Shown here piece after piece: positions 55,281-64,000 of a stretch of 64,000 nucleotides of DNA (the first letter of the stretch is position 1; each line of letters begins with the position of its first letter). The position numbers and the translations under genes are program-made. Source of the stretch: Parcubacteria group bacterium (GTDB lineage Bacteria > Patescibacteriota > Minisyncoccia > Phycocordibacterales > UBA2135); the NCBI GenBank assembly GCA_016204045.1, contig JACQLQ010000004.1, forward strand, positions 100,927 to 164,926. Reading direction: 5' to 3'. The notes under the pieces were generated by a model, which did no database searches, was not told the DNA's origin, and saw nothing but the letters and a program-made list of their open reading frames with translations.

Positions 55281-57026
55281 TTACAACTCTTTAGCTCTTG
55301 CCTTTTTCACTTCCGCGATTTCATTATATTCGCGCGTGAGCGAGGCATACGCACGTAGCGCCTCATTGATTTCACCTATTTCTCCTTTAAGTTCGGCCCG
55401 ATGGAGCTTCAGGTGGGCACTTTCGAGATGCTTTTTGAGTTCCGCTTCACGGAGCGACAAGAGTAGCTCGTCGACTTCGCGCAGAAGCCCCTCCGAATCT
55501 TTGTAGTACATCTCGGCCTCGAAAATCATTCTCTCACGCCCCTTCTCATCAATGGCCTCTAGTATCCCGGAGATAGAAATATCACAAAGATTTTTTACTT
55601 TATCTCCCACTTCAGTAATAGTGACCACTGGCTTTTCACATGACTTTTGCCACAGGACAATGCCGAGTAGTCTCCGCAGTGCGGGATGCAGCGCCTTTTC
55701 ATGAACGACATTAGAAACAACGCTCGGTGTCGAGGCGCTTGTCCTCACCTTTTCTGTTGAGGCCTTCGAGGCTTCCTTCACCGCTCGCCAGACCGGCTCC
55801 GCATCAAGCTTGAGTGCCTCTGCTACTCGGACCACAAAGTGCGCTTGTTCTATTGGGCGGCCGATCTTGGCTATATAGGGCACTACCACCTCTTCGACCT
55901 TGCGGCGAAAGATGTGCTCGTTTGGTGTGTGCTCTTTCAAAACATTAATATAAAACTCTATCGCGTGTTCGCGGGCCTTCAAGATCTCGTGCCATTTGTC
56001 TTTGTCTTCAAGCACCACATCTGCCGGGTCTTTACCTTTGGGGAGACGCGCGACAGAGACTGTGAAGCCGTGTTCAAGCGCAAGGTCGATACCTCGGCGA
56101 GAAGCATTCAGCCCGGCGACATCGGCATCGTATGCGAAGACGACAGTGTCTGTCAGCCTCTTCAAGAAGGTAAGTTGGTCAGTAGTAAGCGCTGTTCCCG
56201 AAGTCGCAATCGTGTTGGTGGCGCCCGCTTGGTGGGAGAGCAATAGATCCATCTGCCCCTCGACCAAGACACAACTCTTCATCTGTCGGATCGCAAGTTT
56301 CGCCTTGTCATAGCCGTAGAGTACTCGTGATTTATGAAAAAGCGGCGTCTCGGGGCTGTTCACATACTTTGCCGCCTTCGGGTCGGCAGCGCTAAAGATT
56401 CTTCCGGAGAAACCAATAACCCGTCCCGAAGCATCGGCGATGGGGAACATAATCCGTCCTCGAAAACGATCGTAGATCTTGCCGCTGGTTGCGCGGATGG
56501 CAATCCCTCCGGTAAAGAGCTCCTCGTCCTTCCACCCCCTACTCTTTAGAAAGGCAGCGGCGTCACTCCAACCATCCGGAGCATACCCCAGACGAAATGA
56601 ACGTATTGTTTCTTCAGTAAGACCACGCTTGGTGAGGTATTCGAGAACATCCTTTGCTTCCAGGAGCTTCTCCGTCCAATGCAAGGTAATGTCTTCGAGA
56701 AGCTCGAAAAGACGCTTGCGCTCATCACTTTCTTCTTTGCTGTGTGCAGTAAGGATTACTCCCGCCCGGTCAGCAAGAATCTTTAAGGCGCCAGAGAAGT
56801 CCACGCCCTCTATCTCCTCCACAAATGTGAAAATATCTCCCCCTTTGTCACACCCAAAACAATGGAACGTTTCCCGTTCTGGAGAGACGAAAAAAGAAGG
56901 AGACTTTTCTGTATGGAAGGGGCAACGCGCCTTAAAATTCCTCCCAGCTTTCTCGAGCTTTAAATACGAAGAGACAATATCGACGATGGAGAGCCGTTCT
57001 TTGATTTGGTCTACAGGAGAAGACAT
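55281..57026 (-). CDS. dnaG: DNA primase
   Basis: CPFH..CFGC Zn finger, DRFRGRIMFPI, KYVNSPET, VEGQMD and YDAD.AG. Confidence 0.97.
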   Translation of the reverse strand: MSSPVDQIKERLSIVDIVSSYLKLEKAGRNFKARCPFHTEKSPSFFVSPERETFHCFGCDKGGDIFTFVEEIEGVDFSGALKILADRAGVILTAHSKEESDERKRLFELLEDITLHWTEKLLEAKDVLEYLTKRGLTEETIRSFRLGYAPDGWSDAAAFLKSRGWKDEELFTGGIAIRATSGKIYDRFRGRIMFPIADASGRVIGFSGRIFSAADPKAAKYVNSPETPLFHKSRVLYGYDKAKLAIRQMKSCVLVEGQMDLLLSHQAGATNTIATSGTALTTDQLTFLKRLTDTVVFAYDADVAGLNASRRGIDLALEHGFTVSVARLPKGKDPADVVLEDKDKWHEILKAREHAIEFYINVLKEHTPNEHIFRRKVEEVVVPYIAKIGRPIEQAHFVVRVAEALKLDAEPVWRAVKEASKASTEKVRTSASTPSVVSNVVHEKALHPALRRLLGIVLWQKSCEKPVVTITEVGDKVKNLCDISISGILEAIDEKGRERMIFEAEMYYKDSEGLLREVDELLLSLREAELKKHLESAHLKLHRAELKGEIGEINEALRAYASLTREYNEIAEVKKARAKEL

Positions 57027-57079
57027 GCCTCAAGTATAAGGTATCAGGCAGAAAGTATAAAGATGGCACGGCGGCCGTG

Positions 57080-60739
<3,660 letters not shown>

Positions 60740-60757
60740 GGATGTGTTGGGTGGCTG

Positions 60758-63700
60758 TTACTTGTCTCCCTCCTTCTTCTTATCTCCGAGCTCCACATTG
60801 AGCGCGAGAGCGCGAAGGTTGTTGAGTAAGACCTTAAACGACTCAGGAATATTCATCTGCCGCACGTCTTCTCCCTTAATGATTGCGTCAAATGCTTGTG
60901 CTCGACCAAAAATGTCATCGGATTTGATGGTGATGATTTCTCGCAGTGTGTGTGCGGCTCCGTAGCCTTCGAGTGCCCAGACTTCCATTTCTCCAAAACG
61001 CTGTCCACCACTCTGCGCCTTACCTCCAAGTGGCTGTTGGTGAATGAGTGAGTAGGGTCCAATGGAGCGCATGTGTATCTTGTCCTCAACCATGTGGTGC
61101 AGTTTCAAAATGTGCATGTATCCTACTGCAACGTCCTGGGCAAACTTGTCCCCTGTTCGGCCATCATAGAGCTTGACCTTCCCCGTTTCGGGGAATCCTG
61201 CCTTTACGATTTCGCCTTTGATCTCTTCTTCGGTCGGTCCTAAGAAAGGCGGAGTAATCGCCTGATAGCCAAGCGTGTTTGCGGCAAGTCCCAAGTGGAG
61301 TTCCAAAATCTGTCCCAAGTTCATACGAGAAGGGACACCAAGCGGGGTCAAAATGATATCGACGGGAGTACCATTTTCGAGAAACGGCATTTCTTCGATT
61401 GGCAGAACTTTCGAGATGACACCCTTGTTTCCATGGCGACCGGCAAGCTTGTCACCCACAGAGATGTTGCGGAGTTGTGCGACATCGACGTGAATACGCT
61501 TGATGATGCCCGGCTCCAGGTTGTCGCCACGTTCACGTGAGAAGACACGCACGCCGATAATGCGTCCGCGCTTGCCGTGTTCCATTCTCTTTGAGGTATC
61601 TTTCACATCCCGCGCTTTCTCGCCAAAGATCGAGCGGAGGAGTCGCTCTTCTGGGGTCAGTTCCGCCTCACCCTTCGGCGTAATCTTGCCGACGAGAATG
61701 TCGTTTGGTCCCACCTCGGAACCAACCATGATGATGCCGTCTTCGTCCAAGTTCTTGAGCTTCACTTCTCCGACGTTTGGAATGTCGGGAGTCGTCACCT
61801 CGGGTCCAAGTTTTGTGTCGCGAACATCAACGATAAACTCCTCAATGTGAATTGAGGTGAATACGGCATTGCGCACCAAGCGCTCCGAGATAATGATGGC
61901 GTCTTCATAGTTTGAGCCTCCCCACGAGACGAAGGCCGCGAGAATGTTTTGTCCCAACGCAAGCTCACCACCCACGGTAGAGGCAGCGTCAGCAAGGACA
62001 TCACCCTTCTTGACCTTGTCTCCAATAGCCACGATAGGGCGCTGGTGGAAGACGGTAAAGTCATTGGTACGTGAAAAGTTTACGAGACGGTAGTCACGGT
62101 TTTTGCCGTTCTTGTCTTCTATAGAAATCTTCTCTGCATCGGCATAGGTGATAGTGCCGCTTTCGCGAGCAATCACGAGACGTCCAGAGTCAATCGCCGC
62201 TCTTCGCTCCATGCCTGTTGCCACGAGTGGCGCGTGCGGAACAATACATGGAACAGCTTGTTTCTGCATGTTCGAACCCATGAGTGCGCGGTTTGCGTCG
62301 TCTCGCTCGAGAAATGGGATGAGCGATGTCGCGACCGAGAACGGCTGTGCCGCGGCGACGTCAATATAGTGCACATCGGAAGGTGTTACGAAACGCACCT
62401 CGCCTTCGCTTCCCTTGGCGCGCACCTCGACAAGATCAGTCGTTATCGTGCCCGCGTCGTTGTAGCGAGTCGCGGCGTGTGCGATGTTGTAACGCTCTTC
62501 TTCGAGCGCGTTCAAGTACTCTATTTTTTCGGTCACCTTACCGTTCTCTACCTTCGCATAGGGTGTTTCGATGATGCCAAACTCGTTCAGGCGGGCATAC
62601 AAAGAAAGGCGGAGAATGAGACCGATGTTCTGACCTTCTGGCGTCTGAATGGGGCACACTCTGCCATAGTGCGACGGATGTACGTCACGCACCTCGAAGC
62701 CCGCGCGTTCACGCGTTAAGCCACCCGGTCCAAGCGCCGAGAGCGTGCGGAGTTGCTCGAGCTCGTCCAGAAGGTTCTTCTGGTTCATGTGCTGGGAGAG
62801 AGAGTTCGTATTGAAAAATTCTTTGATTGATGCCTGGAGCGGGCGCGGGTTCAAGAGCTGAACCGGTAGCGTTGTGTCCGGGTCAATCGTCGACATGCGG
62901 TCTTGGATGTTGCGCTTGATCCTCGTCATACCAACGCGAAGCCGCTGTTGAAGCGTCTCGCCTACGAGACGAACTCTTCGGACTCCGAGGTGGTCGATGT
63001 CATCTTCCGAGGCGCCTGGTGTATTTTGAAGCGTCAAAACATGCGAGACAATCGTCGCAACGTCATCGAGTGAAAGTGTCTTTTGCTGTTTGCCGCGTTC
63101 TACATCATTCTTATCAAACTGCTTGTTGAAGCGGTAACGACCAACGAGCGAGAGGTCGTACTTTTCGTCACCAAAGATGGAGGCAATAAAGTCTCGAGCG
63201 TGTTCCGGAGTCGCGAGTGTGCCGTCGCGAAGGCGCCTGTATACCTCGACAAAGGAGTCATCTGCACTCTTTGCTGTGTCTTTGGCAAATGACGCAACCA
63301 TATACGGGTGTGCGTACTTGTTGTCCTTGAAAAGTTCGATGAGATCTTTGTCAGTTTTGGCGTTTGCCTTCTTTGCTGTGAGGTCGGCAAAAATGCGGAG
63401 GAGCGATGAGAGCGGGAACTTGCGCTTCTTGTCGATGCGTACGTAGACCGCGCCATCTGGCTCGATCTCGAGCTCTATCCACGCGCCGCGAGCAGGGATA
63501 ATCTTCGCACCAAAGTATTTCTTCCCTTTGGCAAAGTCTGCCGTAAAGGTGACGCCGAACGAACGTGTGAGTTGGGAGACAATAACGCGTTCGTTGCCGT
63601 TCACGATGAAGGTGCCGTGGTCCGTCATCTGTGGCACATCTGCGAGAAAGATCTCCTGCTCCTTGTCGGTCTTCAACATCTTGTTCTTAAGACGCATCGT

Positions 63701-63961
63701 GGCGCGGAGCGGTACTTCAAGTGTGAGTTTGTGCTCCTTTGCGTAGAACTCGTCGCATTTTGGTTCGCCAAATTCAAACTTCAAAAACTCAATGTCGAAC
63801 TTTTTGCCCGAGTAGTCAGATATAGGAGAGAACTCTTTACGAAGTTCCTCCAGACCGTCAGAGAGAAGCCAATCATACGAAGCCCTCTGGCTTTCGACCA
63901 GGTTGGGCATATCGATCATCGGCTTCTTATAGCGAGAGAAGGTTTTCTTTGGCAGAAGCAT
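60758..63961 (-). CDS. rpoB: RNA polymerase beta subunit
   Basis: GDKLAGRHGNKG, RALMGSNMQKQA and GGQRFGEME. Confidence 0.99.
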   Translation of the reverse strand: MLLPKKTFSRYKKPMIDMPNLVESQRASYDWLLSDGLEELRKEFSPISDYSGKKFDIEFLKFEFGEPKCDEFYAKEHKLTLEVPLRATMRLKNKMLKTDKEQEIFLADVPQMTDHGTFIVNGNERVIVSQLTRSFGVTFTADFAKGKKYFGAKIIPARGAWIELEIEPDGAVYVRIDKKRKFPLSSLLRIFADLTAKKANAKTDKDLIELFKDNKYAHPYMVASFAKDTAKSADDSFVEVYRRLRDGTLATPEHARDFIASIFGDEKYDLSLVGRYRFNKQFDKNDVERGKQQKTLSLDDVATIVSHVLTLQNTPGASEDDIDHLGVRRVRLVGETLQQRLRVGMTRIKRNIQDRMSTIDPDTTLPVQLLNPRPLQASIKEFFNTNSLSQHMNQKNLLDELEQLRTLSALGPGGLTRERAGFEVRDVHPSHYGRVCPIQTPEGQNIGLILRLSLYARLNEFGIIETPYAKVENGKVTEKIEYLNALEEERYNIAHAATRYNDAGTITTDLVEVRAKGSEGEVRFVTPSDVHYIDVAAAQPFSVATSLIPFLERDDANRALMGSNMQKQAVPCIVPHAPLVATGMERRAAIDSGRLVIARESGTITYADAEKISIEDKNGKNRDYRLVNFSRTNDFTVFHQRPIVAIGDKVKKGDVLADAASTVGGELALGQNILAAFVSWGGSNYEDAIIISERLVRNAVFTSIHIEEFIVDVRDTKLGPEVTTPDIPNVGEVKLKNLDEDGIIMVGSEVGPNDILVGKITPKGEAELTPEERLLRSIFGEKARDVKDTSKRMEHGKRGRIIGVRVFSRERGDNLEPGIIKRIHVDVAQLRNISVGDKLAGRHGNKGVISKVLPIEEMPFLENGTPVDIILTPLGVPSRMNLGQILELHLGLAANTLGYQAITPPFLGPTEEEIKGEIVKAGFPETGKVKLYDGRTGDKFAQDVAVGYMHILKLHHMVEDKIHMRSIGPYSLIHQQPLGGKAQSGGQRFGEMEVWALEGYGAAHTLREIITIKSDDIFGRAQAFDAIIKGEDVRQMNIPESFKVLLNNLRALALNVELGDKKKEGDK

Positions 63962-64000
63962 AAGTAAAAAGCCCGTTACTCAAAAACGGGGGCTGACGCC

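Overview
Chromosomal window from a Patescibacteria/CPR bacterium, most likely Parcubacteria-like. This rests on the compact RpoB (1067 aa), degenerate PriA, K-rich RpoD, many leaderless genes and dispersed palindromes. TGA is used as a stop, so code 11. Housekeeping blocks sit at both ends: priA-def-fmt and hpf on the left; cspA, tRNA-Asn, ung, iscS-like, purF, PGI/PMI, dsbA, rpoD-dnaG-rpoC-rpoB on the right. Between them is a ~32 kb accessory region (~8.3-40.4 kb) of mostly minus-strand, small, self-contained units, many with their own TTGAC/-10 promoter, Shine-Dalgarno and intrinsic terminator. No integrase or transposase is visible. Three things stand out. (1) A ~550-nt stretch with no credible ORF and dense base-pairing (38.16-38.71 kb) looks like a large structured ncRNA; it is bracketed with an SDH/ClpP-like protease gene by imperfect inverted repeats. 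(2) A 10-kb cluster carries a nucleotidyltransferase, a divergent PurA-like ligase lacking the aspartate-binding loop, two vWA proteins sharing a C-terminal WKL, a truncated pyruvate-kinase-like barrel, an AAA+ ATPase and a His-tailed partner. (3) Several palindromic repeat families sit at terminators, beside the tRNA and in-frame in an ORF. All calls come from reading motifs by eye; no searches or folding programs were run.
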